Positions 1 through 11,528 of a stretch of DNA of 64,000 nucleotides are shown piece by piece (within the stretch, counting starts at the first letter, position 1; every line of letters begins with the position of its first letter). Where the stretch lies: the NCBI RefSeq assembly GCF_003334765.1, contig NZ_QOWT01000014.1, one strand, 5' to 3'. The position numbers and the translations under genes are program-made. The notes beneath the pieces are model-generated. The model made no database searches. It was not told the DNA's origin and saw only the letters and a program-made list of their open reading frames with translations. This DNA comes from Escherichia coli. Its GTDB lineage: Bacteria; Pseudomonadota; Gammaproteobacteria; Enterobacterales; Enterobacteriaceae.

Positions 1-68
1 CGTGTCAGTGGTGGCGCATTATAGGGAGTTATTCCGGCCTGACAAGAGGAAATTTAAAATAATTTTCT
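1..68 (-). promoter_or_regulatory. rrnB P1: rrnB P1 ribosomal RNA promoter (UP element, -35, -10, TSS) firing leftward out of the window
   Basis: Reverse complement of 1..70 reads TCAGAAAATTATTTTAAATTTCCTCTTGTCAGGCCGGAATAACTCCCTATAATGCGCCACCACTGACACG, matching the rrnB P1 sequence as I recall it: UP element 47..68, -35 TTGTCA 40..45, 16 bp spacer, -10 TATAAT 18..23, TSS near 9. Confidence 0.85.
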
Positions 69-90
69 GACCGCGCAACATTCAACCAAA

Positions 91-948
91 TCAGCCTAAA
101 ACTGCCAGTTTTTCGAGCGTTTCGAAGCCGTAACGCTGTAAAACGGGCAATAATTGTTCAGCTCCTGGCGTCATTGCCATACAAAAGGCAATATTCGCAT
201 CGGCAGATTTTGCATCCGGGGCTTCATGTTCTAACAACCAGGCCGTTCGGCGAGCAATCGCTGCGCCAGAATCCACCAGCCGGGTTCCCTCTGGCAGCAC
301 TTGTAACAGTTCTTCTTGTAGTAGAGGGAAATGGGTGCAACCCAATACAACGGTATCTGGCGGCTCTTTCATTCTTAACCACGGGCGTAGGATACGTTTT
401 AGTGCATCCAGAGAAACATCTTCGCCATGTAGCTTCGCTTCAGCCAACTCAACCATCTCTGCCGAGCCCAGCATTTCTATCTGGCATTCATTAGCGAAAC
501 GCGCGATCAGCTCATGAGTATAAGAACGTTTAATTGTTCCGCGGGTTGCCAGTAATCCGACAATGCCATTTGCCGTCAGACGTGCAGCAGGTTTAATCGC
601 CGGCACGACACCAACAACCGGGAAGTCGAACTTTTCGCGTAATGCAGGAAGTGAAACGGTACTGGCAGTGTTGCAAGCGACCACAGCCAGCGCAAGGGGA
701 TAACGTTCTTGCACCGCGGTGACAATTGCCACCACTCGCTCAACAATAAACGCTTCGCTTTTTTCGCCATACGGGAAAGCGACGTTATCGAAAGCATAAA
801 TGTAATGGAGATCCGGTAAGAGATGCCGGATCTCGTCATAGACCGACAACCCACCGACGCCGGAGTCAAACACCAGCACGGTGGGACGTGGTTCAGAAGG
901 TGTAGCTGCCAGACAAGGTGTATTCCCGTCCTGCAGTTTGGTAGCCAT
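91..948 (-). CDS. murI: glutamate racemase
   Basis: ORF 91..960 translation recognised as MurI ([40 protein letters not shown]...); start set to the MATKL Met, giving 285 aa. Confidence 0.93.
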   Translation of the reverse strand: MATKLQDGNTPCLAATPSEPRPTVLVFDSGVGGLSVYDEIRHLLPDLHYIYAFDNVAFPYGEKSEAFIVERVVAIVTAVQERYPLALAVVACNTASTVSLPALREKFDFPVVGVVPAIKPAARLTANGIVGLLATRGTIKRSYTHELIARFANECQIEMLGSAEMVELAEAKLHGEDVSLDALKRILRPWLRMKEPPDTVVLGCTHFPLLQEELLQVLPEGTRLVDSGAAIARRTAWLLEHEAPDAKSADANIAFCMAMTPGAEQLLPVLQRYGFETLEKLAVLG

Positions 949-2737
949 AGACTGTCTCATAATCTTTGTCGAACAGGTTGGCTATTTTACCACGAACTGT
1001 CAGGTGAGAGGTGACCGGATACGCAACCGCAAGATCCCACAAGCTCACACCGCCCATTTTAACGGTTTGATAAGGATAAGATGAGTAATCCTTATCATAG
1101 CGAGTGCCTAAATACTGATAAGTAATACCCCAGTCGAAGTCATACAACTGCCAGTCGAGCTGGTATTTCACCTGCTGTTTAGCACGGCGTAACAACGGCG
1201 TGTCGGTAATCGCATTGCGCGCATCGACATAATCATAACTCACAGTATGCGTCAGTGGTCCGGTATCAAAATTGGCGGTCGCCTCGACGCCCTTAATCCG
1301 CGCTTTCCCTTCGTTGTAATATTTCAGGGTGTGATCATCATAATCGATCAAGTCACTGACATCGTTACGATATCCGGAAATACGCCAGTTCACCCCAGCG
1401 GTTAAGCCTTCAAACGCGCCTTCCCACTGTTTGCTTTTCTCCGGGTCCAGATTCGGATTTCCGTAGAAGCCATACAGTTGCCCCAGATTTGGTGCCTTAT
1501 AAGATGTCCCGTAGGAAGCAATGAAGCGATAACCTTCGATGAATTCCCAACCGGCGCTGGTTTGCCAGGTTCCATGACGACCAAACTGTGAGTTATCGTC
1601 ACTGCGTGCTGCGCCTTCAAAGGTAAAATCGCCGACTTGTTGCAGCCCGGTCAGATAGATGCCGGTATTACGTTGATCATATCCATCCTCAACATAACCT
1701 GTACCCGGCGTCGTAGTCTGTTTCTGCCAGTCGACACCCGCACCAATACTACCGTGACCAACGATGACATTGTTTGCCCACTGGACGGTGTATTGCTTCA
1801 TCTCATCGAGCGTCGCCGACGAATCATAACGACCATAATGGGGATCGTAGTTGTAATCTTTGCTATGGCTATAGCTGGTAATGAGTTGTGATTTAATCAG
1901 TTCGCCGTTATAGCGCAGCCCGGCGTCCCAACTTTGGCTATAGAGTTTACGGGTATCGAGCAACGGTGAACCGGGAGAATAATACGCGTCATAATTGGTA
2001 CGGTTATCATAGCCATAGCCGCGCACAAAGCCGCTCCAGGCATCAGTAAAGTTATGCTCCAGCGCGCCATAAAGCGTTTTACTTAAAAAACCATCGTTAT
2101 CTGTCTGCGCTTGCGTTCCGGTATTACCATAGGCAACAACATCATAACCATGAGTATGGGCATAATCGCCCAACAGCGTTACCCGTGTCTTATCCCCCAG
2201 TTGTTGCTGCGTAGAGACATCATAGTTCTGATAACTATTGCTTCCCCACCCTGCTGAAATTTCCGTTCCGGGTTCATCGCGCGTCGTGATGATATTCACC
2301 ACCCCGCCTATTGCATCGGAACCATAAACAGCGGAGCGCGGCCCACGGATATATTCAACACGCTGGACAAGCGCAATAGGGAACTGGCTAAGGTCGGCAG
2401 AACCACTCACCCCCGCCAGATTCAGGCGTACGCCATCAATTAACACCAACACATGACTGGCATTTGTACCGCGAATAAAAATAGATGAGAGCTGACCTGA
2501 ACCGCCGTTTTGGGTGATATCGACGCCCGGAAGACGGCGCAGCACATCATTGACCGAGGTCGACTGCCAGCGGTCGATATCCTGACGGGTCACAACGGTG
2601 GTTGGTGCAAGCACAGTGCTGCGCGGCTGTTCAAAACGGTTAGCAGTAACGACGAGAGTATCCGGGCTGGTATCCTGTGCCCAAGCGGAAAATGCCGTGA
2701 CGGAACACGCCGTCAGCAGCGAAGCTTTTTTAATCAT
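893..2737 (-). CDS. btuB: TonB-dependent vitamin B12 outer membrane transporter
   Basis: ORF translation recognised as BtuB; signal peptide [20 protein letters not shown], TonB box DTLVVTA, C-terminal Phe; start at MIKK gives 614 aa. The 3' end overlaps the murI start. Confidence 0.95.
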   Translation of the reverse strand: MIKKASLLTACSVTAFSAWAQDTSPDTLVVTANRFEQPRSTVLAPTTVVTRQDIDRWQSTSVNDVLRRLPGVDITQNGGSGQLSSIFIRGTNASHVLVLIDGVRLNLAGVSGSADLSQFPIALVQRVEYIRGPRSAVYGSDAIGGVVNIITTRDEPGTEISAGWGSNSYQNYDVSTQQQLGDKTRVTLLGDYAHTHGYDVVAYGNTGTQAQTDNDGFLSKTLYGALEHNFTDAWSGFVRGYGYDNRTNYDAYYSPGSPLLDTRKLYSQSWDAGLRYNGELIKSQLITSYSHSKDYNYDPHYGRYDSSATLDEMKQYTVQWANNVIVGHGSIGAGVDWQKQTTTPGTGYVEDGYDQRNTGIYLTGLQQVGDFTFEGAARSDDNSQFGRHGTWQTSAGWEFIEGYRFIASYGTSYKAPNLGQLYGFYGNPNLDPEKSKQWEGAFEGLTAGVNWRISGYRNDVSDLIDYDDHTLKYYNEGKARIKGVEATANFDTGPLTHTVSYDYVDARNAITDTPLLRRAKQQVKYQLDWQLYDFDWGITYQYLGTRYDKDYSSYPYQTVKMGGVSLWDLAVAYPVTSHLTVRGKIANLFDKDYETVYGYQTAGREYTLSGSYTF

Positions 2738-2977
2738 TGTAAAGCATCCACAATAGAAGAAGGATGCCGCAGGTTTCATCAATATTACGCGATGATGAGA
2801 ACCAGATGCGACGTTGGCCGGCAGGTCTTCGGGCTTGGAGGGGTATCTAAGATACTAAGAGATGATGACTTCCCACCGAATGGCAGTGTCCGCATAACGC
2901 AATCATCGCACCTTTCCTTACCGCTGCGCGTCAGCTCCAGATTCGCACTGGATTCCCTATTAACTCACAGGACCGGC
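2738..2977 (-). promoter_or_regulatory. cobalamin (adenosylcobalamin) riboswitch in the btuB 5' leader
   Basis: Minus-strand sequence from 2977 reads GCCGGTCCTGTGAGTTAATAGGGAATCCAGTGCGAATCTGGAGCTGACGCGCAGCGGTAAGGAAAGGTGCG... through to the btuB ATG, matching the ~240 nt btuB leader as I recall it. Confidence 0.85.
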
Positions 2978-3105
2978 AAGTGGATGCTACAGGTTGTAAC
3001 AAGTTACTGTCCAGACGTAGCTCACAAATAGGAATTCATCAAGATCTGGACATCTGATGAGCAATCCCTACAATCGCCGCGTACTTTAATTTTTCAGGAT
3101 ACATC

Positions 3106-4206
3106 ATGACCCCCGAACACCTTCCAACAGAACAGTATGAAGCGCAGTTAGCCGAAAAAGTGGTACGTTTGCAAAGTATGATGGCACCGTTTTCTGACCT
3201 GGTTCCGGAAGTGTTTCGCTCGCCGGTCAGTCATTACCGGATGCGCGCGGAGTTCCGCATCTGGCACGATGGCGATGACCTGTATCACATCATTTTCGAT
3301 CAACAAACCAAAAGCCGCATCCGCGTGGATAGCTTCCCCGCCGCCAGTGAACTTATCAACCAGTTGATGACGGCGATGATTGCGGGTGTGCGTAATAATC
3401 CCGTTCTGCGCCACAAGTTGTTCCAGATTGATTACCTCACTACGCTGAGTAATCAGGCGGTGGTTTCCCTGCTATACCATAAGAAGCTGGATGATGAGTG
3501 GCGTCAGGAAGCGGAGGCCCTGCGCGATGCACTGCGCGCGCAGAATCTGAATGTGCATCTGATTGGTCGGGCAACGAAAACCAAAATCGAGCTGGATCAG
3601 GATTACATCGATGAACGTCTGCCGGTCGCAGGGAAAGAGATGATCTACCGTCAGGTAGAAAACAGCTTTACCCAGCCGAACGCGGCGATGAATATTCAGA
3701 TGCTGGAATGGGCGCTGGACGTAACCAAAGGCTCAAAAGGCGATTTACTGGAGCTGTACTGCGGCAACGGTAACTTTTCATTAGCGCTGGCGCGTAATTT
3801 TGATCGGGTATTAGCCACCGAAATCGCTAAGCCGTCGGTTGCTGCTGCGCAATACAACATCGCAGCTAACCATATTGATAACGTACAAATTATTCGTATG
3901 GCGGCAGAAGAATTTACTCAGGCGATGAATGGTGTGCGCGAGTTTAACCGCCTGCAAGGGATCGACTTAAAGAGTTATCAGTGCGAAACCATTTTTGTCG
4001 ACCCACCGCGCAGCGGTCTGGACAGTGAAACCGAGAAAATGGTGCAGGCGTATCCGCGTATTTTGTACATCTCCTGTAACCCGGAAACGTTATGCAAGAA
4101 TCTGGAAACATTAAGCCAGACGCACAAGGTCGAACGTCTGGCTCTGTTTGATCAGTTCCCCTACACGCACCATATGGAGTGCGGCGTATTACTGACCGCG
4201 AAGTAA
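3106..4206 (+). CDS. trmA: tRNA (uracil54-C5)-methyltransferase
   Basis: 366 aa ORF recognised as TrmA; C-terminal SAM-dependent RNA methyltransferase motifs ([14 protein letters not shown]). Confidence 0.95.
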
Positions 4207-4245
4207 AACCCATGCCGGATGCGCCAGCATCCGGCATAATACCGA

Positions 4246-4605
4246 TTACTCAGCAACTTCCTGCTTACGGTTACGCATCTTCGCGCCAATCCAGAACACC
4301 ATAATGACGGAGAGTACTGCCGGGAAGAAGTTAGAGCCGATATCCGGATATTCCGCACGAACTACCGTGCTGTACAGCAGTACGCCGAGAATAAAACAGG
4401 CAGCTGCCAGACCCGGCAAGCCTACCGGCATAGTGCGATTAAGATAACGTTGATGCAGGCAGTAAACCGTCAGCACCAGGGAAATAATCGGGAATACAGA
4501 AAATGGCACAATGGAGCTAAACAGCGCTGCGAAAGTACCATTAATCGATAAGCCAGCAACTAACGCCAGCAGCAGCGTACCTCTATCTTGATTTGCTTGT
4601 TTCAT
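4246..4605 (-). CDS. yijD: small inner-membrane protein of unknown function (DUF1422 family)
   Basis: 119 aa hydrophobic ORF with about four predicted TM segments; its ATG overlaps the fabR stop (TAATG). Confidence 0.85.
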
Positions 4606-5252
4606 TACTCGTCCTTCACATTTCCCGGAATAATTGCGGTTTTCTCTTGTTCACGGCGATACCAGTAATAAGCCCCTTTCGAAATCATTCGCAGTTGCAG
4701 TACCAGTCGCTCTTCTAATTGCCGACGTTGTTCGACGCCGACGTCCAACGCCTCGGCACCCGCACTGAAGACAATTGTCACCATTGCTTCGGCTTGCGCT
4801 TCAGTAAACGCACGCGGCATATGGTTTTCGAGTTCCAGATAGTCCGCAAGTTCCGCAATGAAGTGCTGAATTTCACGCGCAACGGCGGCACGAAACGCAG
4901 CGGAGGTGCCGGAGCGTTCCCGCAATAATAACCGGAAGGCGTTAGGATTATTACCGATGAACTCCATAAATGTGGAGACCGAGGTGCGGATCACACTCCC
5001 GCCTTTGGCGATACGCTGACGCGCCTGGCGCATGAGTTGGCGTAGCATTAAACCGCTCTCATCAACCATGGTCAGACCCAGTTCGTCTACGTCGCGGAAA
5101 TGCCGATAAAAAGAGGTGGGAGCAATGCCCGCTTCACGCGCCACTTCACGCAAACTCAGGCTGGCGAAGCTGCGTTCAGCACTTAATTGGCTAAATGCGG
5201 CTTCCACCAGCGAACGGCGGGTTTTTTCTTTTTGTTGCGCTCTTACGCCCAT
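4605..5252 (-). CDS. fabR: TetR-family repressor of unsaturated fatty acid biosynthesis
   Basis: ORF 4605..5348 recognised as FabR with an N-terminal TetR HTH ([20 protein letters not shown]). Start uncertain: chosen at MGVRAQQ (215 aa); an upstream Met at 5309 would give 234 aa. Confidence 0.85.
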
Positions 5253-5585
5253 CACGATGTCTGAATCCTTGCCAAAAGTACTGCTGGCACTATACCAGAG
5301 AATGAACATACTGGATTGCTCCAGTATTGTGAATGAACGGTAACGCAATAAAACATATTTACTGCAATTCTTTGGCCGGTTCTTTTACGTACAGCGGAAA
5401 CCTGCCGCTTAAACGGAGAGTATCGTCGATAAAAATCCAATAAAACGTCAGGGCAAAAGTAAGAAACAGACAAAGCAAAGGCCGCTCAGGATATAGCCAG
5501 ATAAATGACGGGGATCAATTGGCTTACCCGCGATAAAATGTTACCATTCTGTTGCTTTTATGTATAAGAACAGGTAAGCCCTACC

Positions 5586-6986
5586 ATGCCACATTCCTAC
5601 GATTACGATGCCATAGTAATAGGTTCCGGCCCCGGCGGCGAAGGCGCTGCAATGGGCCTGGTTAAGCAAGGTGCGCGCGTCGCAGTTATCGAGCGTTATC
5701 AAAATGTTGGCGGCGGTTGCACCCACTGGGGCACCATCCCGTCGAAAGCTCTCCGTCACGCCGTCAGCCGCATTATAGAATTCAATCAAAACCCACTTTA
5801 CAGCGACCATTCCCGACTGCTCCGCTCTTCTTTTGCCGATATCCTTAACCATGCCGATAACGTGATTAATCAACAAACGCGCATGCGTCAGGGATTTTAC
5901 GAACGTAATCACTGTGAAATATTGCAGGGAAACGCTCGCTTTGTTGACGAGCATACGTTGGCGCTGGATTGCCCGGACGGCAGCGTTGAAACACTAACCG
6001 CTGAAAAATTTGTTATTGCCTGCGGCTCTCGTCCATATCATCCAACAGATGTTGATTTCACCCATCCACGCATTTACGACAGCGACTCAATTCTCAGCAT
6101 GCACCACGAACCGCGCCATGTACTTATCTATGGTGCTGGAGTGATCGGCTGTGAATATGCGTCGATCTTCCGCGGTATGGATGTAAAAGTGGATCTGATC
6201 AACACCCGCGATCGCCTGCTGGCATTTCTCGATCAAGAGATGTCAGATTCTCTCTCCTATCACTTCTGGAACAGTGGCGTAGTGATTCGTCACAACGAAG
6301 AGTACGAGAAGATCGAAGGCTGTGACGATGGTGTGATCATGCATCTGAAGTCGGGTAAAAAACTGAAAGCTGACTGCCTGCTCTATGCCAACGGTCGCAC
6401 CGGTAATACCGATTCGCTGGCGTTACAGAACATTGGGCTAGAAACTGACAGCCGCGGACAGCTGAAGGTCAACAGCATGTATCAGACCGCACAGCCACAC
6501 GTTTACGCGGTGGGCGACGTGATTGGTTATCCGAGCCTGGCGTCGGCGGCCTATGACCAGGGGCGCATTGCCGCGCAGGCGCTGGTAAAAGGCGAAGCCA
6601 CCGCACATCTGATTGAAGATATCCCTACCGGTATTTACACCATCCCGGAAATCAGCTCTGTGGGCAAAACCGAACAGCAGCTGACCGCAATGAAAGTGCC
6701 ATATGAAGTGGGCCGCGCCCAGTTTAAACATCTGGCACGCGCACAAATCGTCGGCATGAACGTGGGCACGCTGAAAATTTTGTTCCATCGGGAAACAAAA
6801 GAGATTCTGGGTATTCACTGCTTTGGCGAGCGCGCTGCCGAAATTATTCATATCGGTCAGGCGATTATGGAACAGAAAGGTGGCGGCAACACTATTGAGT
6901 ACTTCGTCAACACCACCTTTAACTACCCGACGATGGCGGAAGCCTATCGGGTAGCTGCGTTAAACGGTTTAAACCGCCTGTTTTAA
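5586..6986 (+). CDS. sthA: soluble pyridine nucleotide transhydrogenase
   Basis: 466 aa ORF with FAD-binding GSGPGG and the disulfide-oxidoreductase fold; recognised as SthA/UdhA. Confidence 0.95.
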
Positions 6987-7886
6987 AACTTTATCGAAAT
7001 GGCCATCCATTCTTGCGCGGATGGCCTCTGCCAGCTGCTCATAGCGGCTGCGCAGCGGTGAGCCAGGACGATAAACCAGGCCAATAGTGCGGCGTGGTTC
7101 CGGCTTAATGCACGGCAGATAAACAACCCCATCGCGTTTGCGCTCCGGCGGCACAGCCAGCGCTGGCAGTAAAGTGATCCCGCTACCTGCCGCCACCATG
7201 TTGCGCAGAGTTTCCAGGCTGGTCGCGCGGAAGTGTGTATCTTCATCCGCCCCGGCTTCAAAACAGAAACCCATTGCCTGATCGCGCAAACAGTGACCAT
7301 CTTCCAGCATCAGCAGTTTTTCCCCTGCCAGATCGGCCATCGGTACGCATTCGCGGTTCGCCCACGGGTGATCTTCATAGATAGCCAGCAACATTGGCTC
7401 ATCAAACAACGGCACTTCAATGAATGCTTCGCTCTCTTTCACCAGCGCGAGGATCACGCAATCGAGTTTGCCGCTGTCCAGTTGCGCCAGTAACTGGTGG
7501 GTCTGTGCTTCATGCAGATACATTTCCAGCTTTGGAAAGGTCTGGTGCAGCATAGGGATAATATGCGGTAGCAGGTACGGTCCAACTGTGGGAATCAAAC
7601 CAATGTGCAGCGGTCCGGACATCGTCTCGCCCTGCTGGCTTGCCATCTCTTTAAGGACTTTCACCTCACGCAGCACGGTACGCGCCTGATCCACCAGCAG
7701 CATTCCCGCCTGGGTGAACAACACTTTACGGCTGGTCCGCTCCAGCAACATCACGCCCAGCTCATCTTCCAGCTTACGAATTTGCCCGCTAAGCGTCGGC
7801 TGGCTAACGTGGCAGGAATCTGCCGCACGCCGAAAATGGCGGTGTTCAGCCAATGCCACCAGGTACTCAAGATCACGAATATTCAT
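6969..7886 (-). CDS. oxyR: LysR-family hydrogen peroxide-responsive regulator
   Basis: Recognised OxyR sequence ([40 protein letters not shown]...); start at MNIRD gives 305 aa. The 3' end overlaps the sthA 3' end by 18 bp. Confidence 0.95.
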   Translation of the reverse strand: MNIRDLEYLVALAEHRHFRRAADSCHVSQPTLSGQIRKLEDELGVMLLERTSRKVLFTQAGMLLVDQARTVLREVKVLKEMASQQGETMSGPLHIGLIPTVGPYLLPHIIPMLHQTFPKLEMYLHEAQTHQLLAQLDSGKLDCVILALVKESEAFIEVPLFDEPMLLAIYEDHPWANRECVPMADLAGEKLLMLEDGHCLRDQAMGFCFEAGADEDTHFRATSLETLRNMVAAGSGITLLPALAVPPERKRDGVVYLPCIKPEPRRTIGLVYRPGSPLRSRYEQLAEAIRARMDGHFDKVLKQAV

Positions 7887-7980
7887 TATCCATCCTCCAT
7901 CGCCACGATAGTTCATGGCGATAGGTAGAATAGCAATGAACGATTATCCCTATCAAGCATTCTGACTGATAATTGCTCAC
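7887..7980. promoter_or_regulatory. divergent oxyR / oxyS promoter region containing the OxyR operator
   Basis: Position between the oxyR start and the oxyS 5' end; AT-rich with ATAG-containing repeats. Exact OxyR contacts not resolved by eye. Confidence 0.6.
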
Positions 7981-7981
7981 A

Positions 7982-8098
7982 GAAACGGAGCGGCACCTCT
8001 TTTAACCCTTGAAGTCACTGCCCGTTTCGAGAGTTTCTCAACTCGAATAACTAAAGCCAACGTGAACTTTTGCGGATCTCCAGGATCCGCTTTTTTTT
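7982..8098 (+). ncRNA. oxyS: OxyS small regulatory RNA with intrinsic terminator
   Basis: Sequence GAAACGGAGCGGCACCTCTTTTAACCCTTGAAGTCACTGCCCGTTTCGAGAGTTTCTCAACTCGAATAACTAAAGCCAACGTGAACTTTTGCGGATCTCCAGGATCCGC followed by T8 matches OxyS as I recall it; divergent from oxyR. Confidence 0.9.
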
Positions 8099-8152
8099 GC
8101 CATAAAAAAGCCCGGCGATAAGCCAGGCTCAAATTTATACATATAAATGTTC

Positions 8153-9526
8153 TTACCCTAACCGAGCCTGCGCAAAAGCAATCGCCTGCGCCACCTGCTG
8201 CGGTGAGACGCCGCCTTTTGCCGCACGCTTGTCGAGGCACGATTGCAGCGACAGAATCGGATAGACATCTTCGTCAATCACCTGACTGAATTTCTGCAAC
8301 TCACTGAGCGGCAGATCTTCCAGCGGTTTGCCCTGACGAATGGCTTCCACCACCGCTTCACCAACAATATGGTGCGCCTCGCGGAACGGTACGCCTTTCG
8401 CCACCAGATAATCCGCCAGTTCGGTGGCGTTGGCGTAACCCTGCTGAGCCGCTTCCTGGCAACGTGGACGTTTCACCTGAATGCCGTCCAGCACCAGCGC
8501 CGCCATATGCAGGCAGTCCAGCCAGGTATCGAGCGCGTCGAACAGACCTTCTTTGTCTTCCTGCATATCTTTGTTGTAAGCCAGCGGCAAACCTTTCAGC
8601 GTCATCATCATGCCGGTTAACGCCCCCTGCACCCGGCCGCATTTACCGCGAATCAGCTCCAGCGCATCCGGGTTTTTCTTCTGCGGCATTAATGATGAAC
8701 CGGAAGTCACGCGGTCAGAAAGCTCCACAAACCCCGCTTCGCCGGTGTTAAAGAAAATCAGATCTTCAGCAAAACGCGACAGATGCACCATGCCGATAGC
8801 GGCAGCAGAAAGCAGTTCCAACACATGGTCACGGTCAGAAACGCTGTCGAGACTGTTACGGGTCGCCGAAGCAAAGCCCAGCCAGCCTGCTAACTGTTCA
8901 CGGTCGATTTCATAGGCCGTTCCCGCCAGCGCGCCACAGCCTAGCGGGCTGACATCCAGACGCTTAAGCGCATCCTGCAAACGGCTTTCATCACGCGCCA
9001 GCATCTCAACATAGGCCAGGCACCAGTGCGCGAACGTCACCGGCTGGGCGCGTTGCAGGTGAGTGTAACCTGGCATTACCGCGTCCTGATTGTTTTGTGC
9101 GGTTTCCACCAGCGCCGATTGCAGCTGCCGGTTAGCCGTCAGTAACTCGCTAACGGTATCTTTGCACCACAGTTTCAGGTCAGTCGCTACCTGATCATTA
9201 CGGCTACGCCCGGTATGCAGCTTTTTGCCTAACTGGCCCACTTTGTCGATCAGTTTGCCTTCCACCCAGCTATGGATATCTTCGGCGTCGCTTTCAAGGA
9301 TTTGTTGTGGCCTGGCGCGAACATCTTCCAGCAACACGTTCAGCGCCTCTTCCAGTTGCGCCTGCTCTTCTGCGGTTAACACGCCTACCGTGACCAGGGC
9401 TTTGGACCAGGCCACAGAGCCAACAATATCCTGCTCCGCCAGACGGTAATCAAAGCGCAGTGAGTCGTTGAATTGTTTGAACCGTTGATCTGCTGCCTGG
9501 GTAAAACGCCCGCCCCAAAGTGCCAT
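8153..9526 (-). CDS. argH: argininosuccinate lyase
   Basis: 457 aa ORF recognised as ArgH ([34 protein letters not shown]...). Confidence 0.95.
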
Positions 9527-9586
9527 AACTCTGTTTCCTTATTTTGAAATTCAATGCCGGAAAGCTGCGCCTCCGGCCAACAAAAC

Positions 9587-10363
9587 TTAAGCTAAAATCC
9601 GCGTACCCATCGGCATACCGTTAAACAGTGCCGGAAGCTGCTCCGCATGACGCCAGGAGGCGATATCTACCGGACGGCCCAGCGTGCGGGCCGCATCCAG
9701 CGCCGCGTTCACTTTCACTATCATGCCGTCAGTAATAATGCCCTGCTCAATCAGTTGTTCTGCTTTCGCGGCGGTCATTTCGGCAATGCGTTGCCCTTTG
9801 CCGTCGAGAATGCCGCTGACGTCGGAGAGCAAAATCAGATCCGCGCCCAGCGTTGCCGCCAGCGCCGTTGCCGCCTGGTCGGCATTGACGTTCATCAGTT
9901 GCCCTTCGTCTGTTACGCCAATGGAGCTGACCACCGGCAGATAACCGTTCTCCAGCAAGGAGTTGATAAGCTTAGGCGAACCTGGCTGCGCCAGTCCAAC
10001 ATGACCTAACTCTTCATCAAGCTGGGTCACTTTGACGCTGTCGCCGTCACCGAGAAACAAACCTACGGCCGCAATCTGATGTTTCTTCGCCCATGCCAAC
10101 AGGGTTTTATTTGCCGTTCCCGCCAGTGCTCCGGTGATAATGTCTATCTGATCAGCAGGCGTCACCCGCAGGCCGTTTTTCTTTTTCACCGGCAGATTCA
10201 GCCCTTTCATCAGCTCATCCACCACGCAACCGCCGCCGTGCACAATCACCAGCGGACGCTGATGTGACTCACGATAATTCACCAGTGCGCTAAACAGACG
10301 TTCCAGCGCCTCTTCACTATCCAGCAGTACGCCGCCCAGTTTGATAATTAATGGATTCATCAT
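9587..10363 (-). CDS. argB: N-acetylglutamate kinase
   Basis: Recognised ArgB; start set at [11 protein letters not shown] (258 aa) rather than the upstream in-frame Met of the ORF track. Confidence 0.93.
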
Positions 10364-10370
10364 TGCACCC

Positions 10371-11375
10371 TTAAATAAGAGACTGCGTTTCCGCATAGCC
10401 GAAACGAATATTGGCGCACTGTACCGCTTGTGCCGCCGCGCCTTTCAGTAAGTTGTCTTCGGTCGCCACAATAATCAGATGCTCGCCCTGAACGGCAAAC
10501 CCGATATCGCAAAATGGCAGCCCAACGACATTTTTCAGCGCCGGAACGCCTTTGTCATACAGCCGCACCAGCGGTTTATGGGCATACGCCTGCTGTAACA
10601 CTTGCGCGACTTGCGCCTGGGTCACACCCGATTTCAGGCGGCAGGTAATGGTTTCGAGAATGCCGCGCGGGAAATTGCCCAGATGTGGGGTGAAGATAAC
10701 GTCAGCACCGAGGTGTGTGGCGATCTCTGGTTGATGGCGATGAGTAAAGACGCCATACGGTTGCAGGCTAACTTCACAAAAGCTGTTTGAAATGGCCGCT
10801 TTACGCCCTGCACCGCTCACGCCGCTGGTGGCGTTGATCACCGGCCACTGATTGAGGTCAAGAAGATCGGCATCAATCAACGGTTTCAGCGCCAGCTGTG
10901 CCGCCGTCGGATAACAGCCCGGCACCGCAATCAAATTCGCTTCTTTTAATTTATTACCGCACCACTCCGCCAGACCGTAGGCTGCCTGTTCCAACAGTTC
11001 CGGGTATTGATGGGTAAAGCCGTAATATTTTTCATAGAAGGTGGCGTCGTTAACACGAAACGCGCCGGAAAGGTCGAACACCACGCAGCCCGCTTCAAGA
11101 AACTGCGGCGCTAAATCGTGGCTAACTTCATGGGCGGTGGCGAGAAACACTACGTCCACCCCTGGGCTAAACTCGCTGATATCCGACATCGGCTGCAACG
11201 GCAGATCAACGATGCCTTTTAGCTGCGGATGCAAATCGGAGATTAACTTTCCCGCATCATTGCTTTGCGCTGAAACAGTCAAAGCGGTTATGTTCATATG
11301 CGGATGGCGATTTACATAGGTCACTAGCTCTGCGCCAGCGTAGCCGCTGGCACCCACAATCAGCGTATTCAACAT
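10371..11375 (-). CDS. argC: N-acetyl-gamma-glutamyl-phosphate reductase
   Basis: 334 aa ORF recognised as ArgC, with the active-site Cys region (AVPGCYPTA). Confidence 0.95.
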
Positions 11376-11469
11376 CGGGGCTATTCACCTTCTTATGTCT
11401 GGTTGCCAGGTTAAACGTAAAACATTCACCTTACGGCTGGTGGGTTTTATTACGCTCAACGTTAGTGTA

Positions 11470-11510
11470 TTTTTATTCATAAATACTGCATGAATATTGA
11501 TACTATCATG
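11470..11510. promoter_or_regulatory. tandem ARG boxes (ArgR operator) in the divergent argE / argCBH control region
   Basis: TTTATTCATAAATACTGCATGAATATTGATAC contains two adjacent 18 bp palindrome-like boxes of the TGAATwwwwATTCA type. Confidence 0.75.
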
Positions 11511-11528
11511 ACCAGAGGTGTGTCAACA

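Noticed and set aside
2510-3031. 173 aa plus-strand ORF upstream of trmA
   Set aside because: It spans the btuB 5' coding end and the cobalamin riboswitch on the opposite strand; the region is explained by the riboswitch.
8358-8751. Pro/Ala/Arg/Gly-rich ORFs (94 aa minus strand, 95 aa plus strand) suggestive of a hidden gene
   Set aside because: Both are alternative frames within argH and are low-complexity, as expected from a GC-rich coding region.
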